Source: Harriotta raleighana
Taxonomy: Eukaryota
Assembly (NCBI GenBank): GCA_050575255.1
Contig: JBNZDD010013597.1
Location: 867,299 to 931,298 of the forward strand
DNA length: 64,000 nt
Direction of reading: 5' to 3'
Of the stretch, positions 25,701 through 39,369 are shown piece after piece; within the stretch, counting starts at the first letter, position 1, and every line of letters begins with the position of its first letter. The notes under the pieces are model-generated. The model saw only the letters and a list, made by a program, of their open reading frames with translations, searched no databases and was not told where the DNA came from. A program made the translations under genes and the position numbers.

Positions 25701-28700
25701 GCTGGAAATCTGTGTGTACATATACAATGGGTGAGGATACATATCCTTCACTGTGATGTGTCTTGCGGTCGAATAGTCTAACAGCATTCACCGTCGAAGC
25801 TCACCCATGCATAATCATCACTTGGCAAAGGAAGGCAATTGCTGCCTGTGGGATGTGCCATAGTAAGGAATCATTGCCTTTCAGAAAGGGGAGGAGGTGA
25901 GAAAAAAGAAAAAAATTTAAATGTCAAATAAATTTTCATATTGTGGAAGCAGGAAGGTAGAGTAAGGAAAAAAGTTAAAACTCTAAAAGGCTTGAAGGTG
26001 TCAAAAAATGTACCAACAGGATATTTAAACAATGTAAATATCTGCTTCTTCCATAATATTAACTAACCATCTGACACACACAGCTCATGAACTCAGGAAT
26101 CAAATGGCTTGAAGTCAACAAATCTCCTGGGCTGATGATCTGTTCCCTCAGGTACTGAAAGAGACAAGAGATTTGGGAAGTCTTAACAAACAGGAAGATT
26201 TTTCTTAAATAAAAACAACCTGTATTGTTGGATGGATGCTTCCAAAGACAATTGAACTGTGGCAAAGAGAAATCTGTCCAGTGACAACCTTACATCAGCA
26301 TCTGAACAAATCCTTGATGCTGCTTACTAACAACAGAAGGAATTTCCGTCATGTACTTCAAATAACTCCAGTCAGTTAGCAAGTATTTTTTAAACAACTG
26401 CATAGACCGAGTGCTTTCTTCATGAAAGTATACAATTACCGTTTGAACAGTTAAAAAATCATCTTAAAATATTTGTAGTAGTCAATGAAAAAATAAAGAA
26501 CTTTGCAGCAAACATTCTTAATAGAGTCTGTTGAAAGATTGAATTTTAGAGTATACACCACTGGAGTTGGCCATGACATGTAGCCTTCATAACTCTGTAA
26601 ATGTAATACAATAATTTACACTCCAATTCATCTAATTGTGTCCATTAAGAACATCTAAGACAACACAAACTTGCATTTATTTGGTGCCCTTCATTGGGAT
26701 CCATCTCAGAGCACTGGAATAATTACTGTCATGACTGTTCTGATAAAGCAGTGTTTGCTTAAATTCAGTGTCTTACAATAACTTCTGTGGCAGGTTTCAC
26801 AATGTGCTGTGAAACTAAAAGAATGGCAATTACATATGCAATTAATTTGTTCATTTTCACATCTAAATAATGTCAAATTATACAGAATTACATGGAACTT
26901 TGCGGCACAGACAGGCCATTCAAACTTTAAGACAGTGGTGAGGGATATACTACACTGTTGGAGGATGAAAGGTTAAACCAAGGTCCCTGTTACGTGCTCA
27001 AATGCACGTTGAATTTCCAATAGCACTATTTGAAAGGAGAGAGAATTTTTCCTGCTGTTCAAACCAAACAATCCTCCAAAGTAAAATGGCTATGGCCGTT
27101 TTAGGGACATCACTTAGTGCAAATTTAACATTACAGTCACTTCATAATAAAATCCCACAAAGAGCTTTGGGATGTCTCAATGACGATAAGAATTCAAACC
27201 TAGAACCTTCTAGTCATTCAGGACATGTAAAATGTACTGCAGTATTTACATTGACATTTCAATACATCTTTTCTATTCTTAATCACAAGTGCATGAAATA
27301 TTTTCGGATCTTCTCTCAGTGGTCTTTACAGAGCATGTTTTTTGGCAAGAATCGCTCACTTTTAGCATTTTAAAATGTACTTCATAATGGAGTGTGTTAC
27401 ATTGCAATTTTTGGTAGATTGTTGAAGAAGATAAATCTCTCTAGTGTAGGTTTGTGCTATTTATTCAAGAGGTATTTTGTTCAACTATAAATATGGTCAG
27501 AGCCAGGAAATAGCTTAGTGCTCAACTATGCATACGATATATTCATTAATGTATTTTAGAAGGAATAATCTTGACAGTTTTGTGGGTGCTGAAGATTTAG
27601 CTCTGTATTAAGGTAGATTAAAGAGGTCTTATTTACCATCTGGTTACTTTTTAATATTAAAATATAAATTCCACCCTTGGCCACTTATTGAATTTCTAGA
27701 GTCTAGAATGTTGAAGAAGCAATTATCAAAAAGTTTAGGGTTTTTAAGCCTAACAAATGCTAATAATTACATTTCTTTAAGAATGTAACAGAATGAATTC
27801 CAACAGCATATAGACAGACACCTTTATGATGAAGTGTGCAAATTAATTAGAGAATCTGTTACAAAGGGCAGTAATTCATTTCTGTTTCATTAATCTTATC
27901 TGTATCTTAAATGTGGTTCCTGCAAGATCAGTAATGTGCACTGTACTTTCTAGGAAATCACTCTTAGTTAAGATGAAAGATCAGAATTTTTTTTGATCAG
28001 CCGAGTGTTTGACACATGCAGAATCCATAGATAAATTATTTTATCCTTATTTCTATCTGGCTCAGGAAACTAATTTTAATGATTTTAAAACAGATCTTAA
28101 TAGGAACAGATTTCCAATTAACCTAGACTGCAATGCCTGAAATGTTTTCATTACAAGAGCTTTGTATTCTTTATAATGTTAATTGGTGCAAGGATATTTG
28201 ACCCTTTCTGGGTTGAGACATCCTCATGATGTGAAAGGCACTATACAAATGTAATTTTGTTGTTGTTGACAGTTTGCACACCAGGTTACTCAAGCCAACA
28301 TCATAATAATCCATTCATTTGATATTGCTCCTTATGCCATTGAAACAACACAAAGCACATTGAAAGACTTACTGTAAAAACTAGTGACTGCATCTTAATA
28401 ACAATAATTATTATTATTATTACATCTTTGTAGACAAACACCATGAAGTAAATGATAAATTTAATCTGGGAGATTTGCAGCCAGTACACAGTGATAGAAA
28501 TTCTCTTCACTTTTAGTTAGTGCCATGAGATGTTTAAGGCCCACCAGAATAGGCAGACAGAACGTCAGTTTAATATTTCATCGGAAGGAGGCATCGCCAA
28601 CAAAGCAGCACATCCCTAGCACTAATTACTGTGATAGATTTACTAACATTTATACGTTCTTCTAGTTAGATAGTCATAGTTAAGGTTGTTTAGAGTTTGT

Positions 28701-29306
28701 CATCTTTAAAAGTTTTTTTTATCTACACTATTAAAAGAGAGGGAGCAAATATCTTCTTATTAAAAAGAAGAATGCATACATTTGATAAAGTGTATAGCTT
28801 GCCATTGATATTGCTGTACTGCAAGCTTTCCAGCTGCTTGTCCAGCTGGCTTGTTTCTAATACTTTGTCACCTTGCAGCCAGATGAGCTCCAAAGAGACT
28901 CCGCTTGCCTTCCCCCCCACCCCAAGAAGAAGAGTGAAACCAGTTTGCACAAGATAACACTAATATTCTATTCAACAAACAATCATGAATGAAGAGACTA
29001 ATTTTACTTGGGGAATGTTGGCCAAGACGTCGAGAGAAACTTCCTTGTTATCAGAAGAACCTTGAAAACAGCAAAAATAAGACTCTAGAGCCTGAATAAT
29101 TAGGTCAAAACTACCATAAAGCTAAGGAGAGCTATTTTGCAGGCAAGGAAATAGTGATGTGGACTGAGAGTCATGCAAAGTAATACAATTGAATCTAAAA
29201 TTAGTGTTTTATGCAGGCTATACAAAGGAAAACCTGATAACAGCAAATGAAAACTGTAGCAGCAAAAGAGAACTGCACCATTTTCTTTAACCTATATACA
29301 GTGGTA

Positions 29307-29889
29307 CAGGCAGTCCTCAAGTTACGTCAGGGTTAGGTTCCTAAGATGTGGTGTAAGTCGAATTTGTATGTAAGTCGAGTCACCCCCCTATAATGCTTAC
29401 AGTAACATACAGTGATTGGTTGTAGTGTATAGTGAGCTGCCCTCTCTCCCCTGCACCCCTCCTAATATGTACAGTACTGTAAATAAAATAAAATATTACT
29501 ATNNNNNNNNNNNNNNNNNNNNNNNNNNNNNNNNNNNNNNNNNNNNNNNNNNNNNNNNNNNNNNNNNNNNNNNNNNNNNNNNNNNNNNNNNNNNNNNNNN
29601 NNNNNNNNNNNNNNNNNNNNNNNNNNNNNNNNNNNNNNNNNNNNNNNNNNNNNNNNNNNNNNNNNNNNNNNNNNNNNNNNNNNNNNNNNNNNNNNNNNNG
29701 TATCGTGGTCCCGTAAGTGTTGAGAGCGGCGACTCCAGTTTTCTATCGCGCGTGGGGCAACTAAAGTATTTACATAGTAGTGTCGTAACTTCGAGACTTG
29801 GGATGTAACTCGGACGTAATTTTACTGATTTTAAGTGTCGTAACTTCAAATTGTCGTACCTCGAAACGTCGTAACTAGAGGACTGCCTG
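29307..29889. mobile_element. Tigger-like DNA transposon remnant spanning an assembly gap
   Basis: TA-CAGGCAGTCCTCAAGTTACG ... CGTAACTAGAGGACTGCCTG-TA. Confidence 0.85.
29503..29699. other. Assembly gap (N run)
   Basis: Run of n. Confidence 0.98.
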
Positions 29890-30150
29890 TACTGTACAAT
29901 GAAAGTAAAACACTTCATAAAGTGTAAATTCCACTGGGTTTACATTTATTCTATTCATGTAGACAATGGAGTTGGGCAGACTTCGGTTTTACTCTCTTGA
30001 GCTAAGAGGTTAAAGGGTGATCTAATTGAAGTGTATAAAATGAAGAAGGAATTTAATTGTCTTTTCGGTGAACAGGAAGACATTATCTTAAACTTAGAGC
30101 TAAACCACTGAAGAGTGGAATCAAATGAGAATTTGTCAAATTCTTAAACA

Positions 30151-30384
30151 CAGTAGAACGTTGATAATCTGGTGCAGTTGGGACTGAGCACCTCCCGGAT
30201 TTCGGAGTTTGCTGGTATTTATAAACCTAGCCTGGCCTACCATTGAGTAACCAAAGAATTAAGTGTTATTACTTAAAAATAAATTAATTGTAAATAAATT
30301 GTAATTTTAATGTAATATTTTGAAATCGTGCTGGTTTTAGGGAGCTGCCAGCTTTCGGAATGCCAGATTATTACCTTTCTATTG
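30151..30384. mobile_element. Short degenerate Tigger-like MITE
   Basis: Imperfect TIRs CAGTAGAACGTTGATAATCTGG ... CCAGATTATTACCTTTCTATTG-TA. Confidence 0.6.
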
Positions 30385-32768
30385 TACAGCCTTAATCAGT
30401 TCAGCTTTCAGGAATGCCAATCTAGGCTACGTGAGTTCAAAATCCTGATATGCAATGTGGCAAAGGATTGGTGGAAAGCAAATTTCGTACAATATTCAAA
30501 CAAGAAATCAAATCGGAAACCATGTATCTGCACAGACAGCAATGTCCCATCAAGAGCAGACAGGACCTCTGTTTAATGTCTTACTGAAGGACGACATCTC
30601 CAAACAACAGCATAGCCCCTAAACTATGTTGGAGTGTCATCTTAATCTGCGCGAGTTCCATTGTAGGGCTTGAATTCTCCAACCTTCTTACTCGAAGGAC
30701 GCTATCAACAGCTCGGAGGCAAGCTAACGCACAATGAAGAGTTAAAATGAAACATGCAGTTCAAGATGATCAAATGTGTGGTTCCTGAGCTGTTGGCACT
30801 GTGCCAAGCAAGGCAACAAGACAAGAATGAATAATATTTTATTTCAGATTAGATCGATAGTCTGAAGATTTACTTGAATTACCTTTTCGTGTTAGTGTGA
30901 AAAATTACATAACCTTTCCACAGGAGTTGAGTTGTTTAACCACATCTACCTGTTCAGGCGGATGTTAAAGATCCCATGGCTCTATTTGAAGAGAGAAGGG
31001 AGTTTCTCCTGGCTTCCAAGTCCAACACTCTCCCAAATAAAACTGATCATTCATTTCATGGCTATTTGTGGAACATTGCTGTGTGTAAATTGGCTACCAT
31101 ATTTGCCCACAAAATAGACAATCACTGTACAGTAAGTCTTGTGAAATAGTTTAAGACATTTTGATGAAGTGATAAGATCTTACATCAAATGTAAGGATTT
31201 TTATACAAACAACTGGGTAGAAACCATGATAGTGCAGAGCAGACGGCAGAATGTCTGTGCATGATAGGTCAGATCTCCTTTTCTTGTTCCATTCTTTGTT
31301 TGTACAATATTTTGTAATTTGTCAGATAGAGTGATTTTAGGAGGGAGAATAATAGAATTAACAAAGATAAAAGTGTTGTAGAAGGTAAATAGTCATTCAA
31401 TTCCTGCATCAAAATGTGTTGTGCCAGGTGTTTCTGTCATTTCTTTTGCAGGAATTGTACAAAATATTTCAGTGACATCTTCTGGCATTGACAAATGACT
31501 AATACACAACATAATTACTGCAAATACCCCTTATCAATATGCCAGTTAATTGCTTCTTCATTTAACCACAATGCAAAGCAAAATCTGACTCTGTTCTGAA
31601 GAACTTTCACTCTGTATTTGGGATTTATTCAGAAATTAGTTTGCATTTGGAGATCCATCACAGGTAATGTACGTACTTAATAGAGAGAAAGGCTGGCACT
31701 TTGGGAAGAGGAGAGAGGACTAGCCCTGTGGACAATGAGAAGGGCTGGCAATGTGGGGGGGAGAAAATAACTGATACTATGGGGGAGAGACTGGTGTCGA
31801 AGGAGAGCTGCAATTGTGTGAGGGAGAATGAAGGGTCAGCACCGCATGTTGATGGGGAATAGATGGGCTGAAACTACGTGGGAGAAGAGGAGAGATTCTA
31901 ATAATAAACCTTGCATTTTATATGATAATAATTCTTGCATTTAAAATAGTGCCTTATCACATCTTCAAGACATCTCAAAACATATACAGTACTTTGAAGA
32001 GAATTGACTGTATATTTTGTGTGCGAAATATGACTGGTCAATTGCACACAGCAGTGTCCTACAAATAGTTGTGGATTCAATTATTATTTAATTTTGAAGG
32101 GAATATTACCCCAGAAAAGCGATCGACTCGCTTGCAACTTGAAAGCTGTAACCTGTATGCTACAGGATGGTACTGTGTGTGGGAAGGAGGAGAAAACCTG
32201 GTGCTGTTTGTGGATGATACCGTGTCCTATGAGGCAGAGAGGACTCGTCATATTATTTTTCTACGCACAGTGAGTTGAGTCAAAATTAGTGCAGTTACCA
32301 AGCTCTCTATTGTTCATTTTAATTGTAATGATCGTGTTTATGTATCCAAATCGTGATTGGTGAGTATAAGATTTAATTTAGCTGTAATTTCAGTTTGTAT
32401 TTCATTATCTTTGCAAACCATCAAACAGTCGTTGTTTCTGCTATTCAGAATTCAGAGTTTAGAACATTTATGTTACTTGGGATAGTGCCATAATTGACAA
32501 CAATTATACTTTACTAAGTTTTTGTGGCTGAAATTTTATTGCTAGAAAAAGAATATGTAGTGCCTGACAGCTAAATAGTACACGGCATCTTCTTTTTAGC
32601 CTGACGTAAAAATGGAAATTGAAATTGTAGGTTTATCATATGGTTAGAATATTTTTGAAAACAGGCATTAATAATAGTTGTAAAATTGATAGTCCAGACC
32701 TCTACCCAAAAACAAATCTACTTTTCAAATCACTGATGGATATGCTAGGGAACCTTGATTATCTAGAA

Positions 32769-32985
32769 CAGTGGTGGCCAACCTGTGGCACATGAGGCTG
32801 TGCGGCTGTCAAGAAGCAGCCCCCAAAAGGTTACACGATTCTAGGTAGGTCCATACCCTTCATGTGTTTCTAGTTTATTCTTAATTGAATATTTCTTAAT
32901 TAATGGGATAAATTATTATTATAAATCAAGTAATATTCAATCAAGAATGTTTACTTTGTTGGCCCATAAAGGTAGGCCACCTCTG
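32769..32985. mobile_element. hAT-Charlie-like MITE
   Basis: TIRs CAGTGGTGGCCAACCT ... AGGTAGGCCACCTCTG. The 8-bp flanks ATCTAGAA and AACTAGAC resemble the NTCTAGAN Charlie target site. Confidence 0.72.
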
Positions 32986-34900
32986 AACTAGACTAAAACT
33001 CAAACAGTTTGTCAATTTTATCTTGACTATTACTTTTTCAGAACAAGCTCCAGATAGTTTTTAATATAATTACCAAGCTCACTTGTGTAATCGGTACTTT
33101 AAAACAGTAAAATGATACCTTAAAAGTTCTTGAGCACTTCATTGAACTACCCAAATGAGAATGTCTGATTCAATTTTTGATCCGAATGTAACTATGGTGC
33201 GATGAACATCAGTAAAACCACTATGTCAAAGTGGTCATGGCAGCTACAATCATTTACAATTACCATATACATTTGACTTGTGCTTTACAAAAATATTAGC
33301 TGTTTGGGGAACGTTAGTGAAAACTGCACAGCAAAACCACCAACAATGACAATTACAGTATAAGCTGGTGAGAGTTCAGCGCTCTTGTACGTCTAATGGA
33401 ATGTTTAGACAGTTTGATGCATCAATGTAAATATATTTGTACAAGTAAACTCACATCAATTCTACCAGTCAGTGTAATAGCATTTAACACCACTTACGCG
33501 AAATACGAGTTATAATTGTACATAAGTTTGATTTTTATATAAGGTAATGCATTATTAGAATGTACAGAAATATGTACAATGTAAGCACTTTGAGACATCA
33601 ATAACACGTGAAAAGTGCTATATCAAATGCAAAGATTATCATTATTATTAATGAATGGCATGAATTATTCCAAAGAACTATTAACAATGTAACTGAAATA
33701 TTTTGAGTATTGAAATTCACTCGTATTACTGTAGTTTTTCAGCTGTATATAGTACTTTGTCAGTACAGGCAGTGATGTGGTTGTGGTATTGCGAATTAGG
33801 AGATGATTTGTATTAGGATTTACATTATTTGGGACAAAGGAATTATTGCGATATAGCTGTTTATCTGACTTGTAAAATCCAACTAGTGCAAAGAAATTAA
33901 AGTGTTTTCAGTAGGAAAATGAATGGTACTCGGGAGCATGTACCACTTAAGCAATTTTACAACTTATAACACTGCACCTTATGCAAATTCACCGGTATCA
34001 CCCTGACAGAAAACAAAATCCTCGAAATCAAGATTTGGAGCACTACTGTTTTGATTGTAAATAATTGATATTTGATACAACCCTTTTTGTTGCATCATTT
34101 TCAGTTTGTAATTAATAGTATGCCACGTGACTTCATTATGATGTATGAAAACATCTGGTGGTCACACTGGAGGAAGAGATTAGGAAATCATGAGAAGGTA
34201 ATGCTGGTGAACAGTGCTGATCATTGTTTTTCATAGTTCACTGTGCTGCACTTTTGCCAAACGTGATGACATGTCATAAACTGAAATAACACAGTTGCTA
34301 GCAGAGTGTAGAATGTTGCTCTGGGGAACCATATAAAAGGAGAATATATATGTATCAGGGGTTGATGGTATACCAGGAACTGTTCCAGTGGGTAATATAT
34401 TGCTGTCTTGATGTGCATTTGCTTTCCTTCCAATTGAATATGTTGTCAACAATAAAACATTTTAAGTCGGGAGGTTGTGGGTTAAAGCCCCACATAGGGA
34501 CTATCAGCTCACAGTCTAGATTGACATGTCAGTACAATGCTGGTGGAGCACCATTCTTTATTTGAGATGTTAAACTTAGGTCCTACGTGTCTACTAAAGA
34601 TAGGCCCTTCTTTCTGACGCTCCTGATTTGGGTATAAAATTGATTGTCTGATAAATGAGCCTGTCTAATTTTTTATCTCAAACTGTTGTGAGCTTGTCTT
34701 TATTTTATCAATACTACTAATCATGATTCTTGGAAACTTTCACCATGATCCTACCAAGTACCAAACTCATGGTTCACAATATGCTTTCTCCTCTTGTGAA
34801 TTTATTGCTTTGACGTCTGGACCATTCTTTCTCAGGGCCTCATTTATTGCTTAATTAGGGATTTGACAGATTAGTAATCTCCAATTACTAATAGTCAAAT

Positions 34901-35215
34901 ACAGCACTGGGAAATACTGCAATGTTAGAGGTGCCATCCTTCAAACATGCAATGTTAAAGGTCCCTTCTACCTGGTTAGGTGAATGTTAAAATTCTCTTG
35001 GCACTATTCGAAAAGAGTAGAGAATTTCTCGGAGGGCCCTGGCCAACAATCACTGAAGTAAAATTAATCATTCAATGTGGAGTATTGCTATACACAAATT
35101 GATTGCAACGTTCGCTCACAAAACACAGTCACTCCACTTTCCAGCATACACTGTGACATACTTTGAGACATCCTCCCGACATGAAAAGTGCTATTTAAAT
35201 GTAAAGATTCTATTG
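34901..35215 (+). mobile_element. Deu-domain-like SINE; related fragments near 24540-24940(-), 26935-27060, 30930-31200 and 61240-61400
   Basis: GCACTGGGAAATACTGCAATGTTAGAGGTGCCATCCTTC...GGCACTATTCGAAAAGAG...CCTGGCCAACAAT resembles the DeuSINE (AmnSINE1/SacSINE1-type) central domain as I recall it. L2-like tail. Confidence 0.65.
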
Positions 35216-37599
35216 TTTGTGAAATCTATATTGTCTGTTTCAAACACGTGCCATGATCTGATCTTTTACAATACCCCTTCCTAACTTATGCTTGCAGGAC
35301 CTATCTGGTTTTTAACATATTTGCTGCTTCGGTATCTTATTTCATGTATATCTTGCTGCAATATATCTTTGGCCTTTAGGTATGTTTTGATATAATTGTT
35401 TAGTCATTGTGACCTAGGTTTTACTCTTTGTGTTTTTTCTCAAGTAAAAAAACACCATTAAAATAGTCTGATTATTTCAGTTTTGTTTCTTATGAGATTG
35501 GCTCACGACAAAGCTCATTAGCTTTGATGCATAATCCAAATAATGTATTTTAAATATTTCCGAGGAAAAATTTCCAGAACTGTGCAGTGAGCTACTAATT
35601 AGTTAGCAGCACCTATAATTGTCAAGGATATTCTCCTCATTTATCTTCCGAGTGATTTTAATTGAATGACAATATTGATAAGTGTCTTGGGAGTGTTATG
35701 CAACAATGTACAATTGCTTGCTCTTGATAAGCAGCAGCCCTTCTCCACTGCACAGGGAAAGAACACAAATTCAAATGCATGTGCAGAGATGCGGAGGCAT
35801 CTTTCTTCTGCAGTGTTGTGGGAAAACAAAGTATTCTGCTCTGTTTGCAATATGTAACCCATTTTCAATTAATATTAGAATAGGAATCCCCAATAATTCA
35901 AATAAATACAGTAACTAAATAAATAAAGCATCATTGATGCAAGAACAGCAACAGATTTTACATTATATGGAAATAGAGTGTAATATATAACCTAATGCTT
36001 TACGTCCAATGTGATATCAAAGAATAATATACTGCAGTCAGAATGTTAAAGGCTTAAAAAAAAGTCATTAACCAGGGGGTGAAATCAAGAAATGATTGTG
36101 GTTTCTGGGTAAGTGATTATTTTTAATGTCTGATTTATAATACTAGAAGCATTGTTCCAATAACTAGTGTTAGTGGTTTAAAAGTATTCGGGGGGTGCTG
36201 CATTAATGCTTGAGGGGTGTTGCATAAATGCAAGTTGTTGTTCAATGTTGTCACTTTATGAATAGTTCTTGAATAGTTAAAACCAAACCTCATTAGCAAC
36301 CCCATTATCCACTTTTTAGTTTGTCACACACCAGATTTATGCTAACATTTTAGCGGAGATTCAGATTATCGTGGATAATACAGTATAAACTGGGACTGGT
36401 TTCCTGATGGTGATGTTTCAATGCATGGGGTTTTGATTGGCAATTAGGGGAAATTATTTATATTTGTTTGGGAGTTGGTAACTGTCGAGAATTAATTTAA
36501 GATCATTTCCAAAAGGAAGAGGACGACAGAGGGTTATTAGTACATGGAATGTTATATCATTAAAAGTTGTTTGAAGCAGGATCCATAACAGCACCCAAAA
36601 GCTTACAGTATTAGGATTAAACAGTAAACATTACTAAGATATTTAGCATCAGGTCTTTGCAAAAAAACTCATACAATGCAGAGATTGATTGGGCACTGCT
36701 TATGTGTGAACCTGATAAATAAAATCAAAACCAATAGCATCACATGAAGCTCGCACTCATTTTGTTTCAGTGAGCAAATTGAATGTTTAGAACAAATGGT
36801 AGATACTTTGAGCCACGTGGATTTACAGTGTTGTGGTAATGCTCTAGCTGTGTGATGTTGTTTTGCATGCAAAGCAATGAGAGATTATAAGCATGTCTCT
36901 CAGATGGCATGCTGGTGCAGAGTATTCATCTAAAAGGGATACTATCTTTAACAGATTGGTGTGCCAACAGTGCCACTGAGTGGTAGGGCAGTTATGGTTA
37001 AAATAAGGTACAAGAAAGCAATTTGCCACCATAAAGTACAACCTTGTGCGTGTGAAAGTGAACAGATCTCTTGCCAGAAAATAATGTATGCCATCTTGAA
37101 TATGCATACAATAAGGTTGAAAAAAATTGCATGTACCAACTAATGACTATCATCCTTAGATGGAGATATGCAGGGTCTCCTTGAGCTGACTCCAAGGTGA
37201 CATTCTTGGCAATAGAATGTAGTAATTAAGCTAGTCCTCTGTGGCGGACTCAGTAGTCCAGTTCCTGAGCCAGGCGAGTCCGCAATATTCCACACTACGC
37301 CAGCCTAACTCATCGGCAACACCTGGAAGGGCAGATCAGCCACTGGATCCAGTGAGTCATCCCAATCAGCTCCTGTTAAACCTGCAAGCCCTAGCCCTAA
37401 TGGATAGGGTTGTCCTAGATAGACAAGCAGCGGGAAAATTTTCCAGGCCATGCTATCATTGGCAGTTAAACAAGTTGTTGATTACCCTCTGCGTACAAAA
37501 TACTTCCTGATGACTGTTGTACAATTGTCCTATGCAACTCTGAAGCTGTACCCATTTACATTGTTACCTTCACGTATCTAAAAGTATGAAGTATCTAGA

Positions 37600-37830
37600 T
37601 GAGGGATAGAGATGAGGGTAGCTGAAGGCATGGTTGAAAAGGAAAAGGAAGGTTTAGAGGCCTTGAATGAGGAGGGGATGGAGCAAGGTGGACTGACTGT
37701 GGGATTGAGTTCCAAAGTGTGAAGGCAGAGAAGCTGAAAGTCCAGCAACCGATAGTCGGGTGGGAGACATGGAGCAGGAGCTCGCTGAACAGAGGGAGTG
37801 GGCAGGTTGATAGAGAAAAAAGTATAGCTT
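37600..37830 (-). mobile_element. L2-clade LINE 3' fragment
   Basis: FSFSAFTLWNSIPQSVHLA; similar to 10650-11050. Confidence 0.75.
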
Positions 37831-37880
37831 CATTGTGCAATGGGGGAGTAACTGGTATTATAAAAATAATCCTTGATATA

Positions 37881-38857
37881 TAGTAAAACCTCGTTTATCC
37901 AGCTCCCACGGGACATGGCCAGTGGCGGTTAAACGCCTTTTCCGGTTGAACGGATTTTTAAAAAAACATTATTAAATAGTTTTTTTTCCCAAAAAAATAT
38001 TTTAACACATACCATATTAATAATGGACTAAATAATAACAGAATATTCTATTAGTACATGATTATTTATACTTAACTTCGCAATTGCAGCACTGATTCGA
38101 TAGTAGGTTAAAAAAAAGCGAGTTTAAAAAGCAACAAGTTTGGACCTAATGGCCAGCTCACACACACACACACACATAGACAGACAGACACACACACAGA
38201 CCCTCAAAGATATTCCGTCTGAATCCATCATATAAATTCTGTCCCCCGCCACTCCCTTTCCTCTCTCTCTCTCTCTCTCTCCCTTTCCCCATATCTCATT
38301 CCCCCCACCCCATTCTTTCTCTCCATTCCACCCCTCCTCCCTCTCTCTCTCCATTTCCTCCCCTCCCTCTCTCTCTGGCCGCTATCCGCAGCAGTATTTA
38401 TCAGGTATACAGTACTTACCTTCCCAATGACAAGGCACTCATCCATTCGAACGAAGTAAAATAAAAACCGCGAGTTTTAAAANGCCACTCCCTTTCCTCT
38501 CTCTCTCTCTCTCTCTCCCTTTCCCCATATCTCATTCCCCCCACCCCATTCTTTCTCTCCATTCCACCCCTCCTCCCTCTCTCTCTCCATTTCCTCCCCT
38601 CCCTCTCTCTCTGGCCGCTATCCGCAGCAGTATTTATCAGGTATACAGTACTTACCTTCCCAATGACAAGGCACTCATCCATTCGAACGAAGTAAAATAA
38701 AAACCGCGAGTTTTAAAAGGACCCGGAACGAGTTTAGACCCGACATTCAACGCGTCGCCGGATAACTTCCGGTTAGTCAGATCAGGACTTTTTTTTTGAG
38801 GTGGCGGTTGAACAGGTTTTACGATTATTCGAGTCACGGATAAACGAGGTTTTACTG
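37881..38857 (+). mobile_element. Tigger-like MITE containing a probably artefactual internal duplication
   Basis: TA-TAGTAAAACCTCGTTTATCC ... GGATAAACGAGGTTTTACTG-TA. Shares the ACCATATTAATAAT.GACTAAATAATAACAGAATATT block with 2068-3073. Confidence 0.85.
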
Positions 38858-39369
38858 TAATACCTTATCAAGCCTTATTATTATGAGAGGATGAGATCAA
38901 ATGGGCTCATTCCAACACTCCCCTCTCGTGATCTGGTACGAACCAGATTTACAATGTAATCTTGCCTAAAAAGTACTGTTGCTATGTAACAGCTCTTCCT
39001 CAATATAAAGCAAACAAAAAGCATCTCTCTATCCATTTCACTAGAGTTTGTGGGATTCTACACATTAATGTATGTGTCTACATAACAGTAAACACATTTG
39101 AAAATAACTTAAAATGCATGAGCTGTTCTGACATGATAGGGCGCTATATCAAATGCAGGTATTATTCTGTACTACCTGTGTGATTGATGAAGACAGGCTT
39201 AGGTTCAGGTTCCCATTAAGCATGATACCTATGTTATGTGTTTTGAATAGAAGGATATATACATTTAAATCAGTCTTTTTACACAATATTCAAAGCTGCA
39301 AAAATGTTATCACATAGTCACAAATCTCTCAAATCTTCAGTGTGGGCTTTTGATCTTGAAAGATTGGTT

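Noticed and set aside
38248-38718. Near-perfect ~235-bp tandem duplication
   Set aside because: The copies are separated by a single N at 38483, typical of unmerged overlapping contig ends. Likely an assembly artefact.
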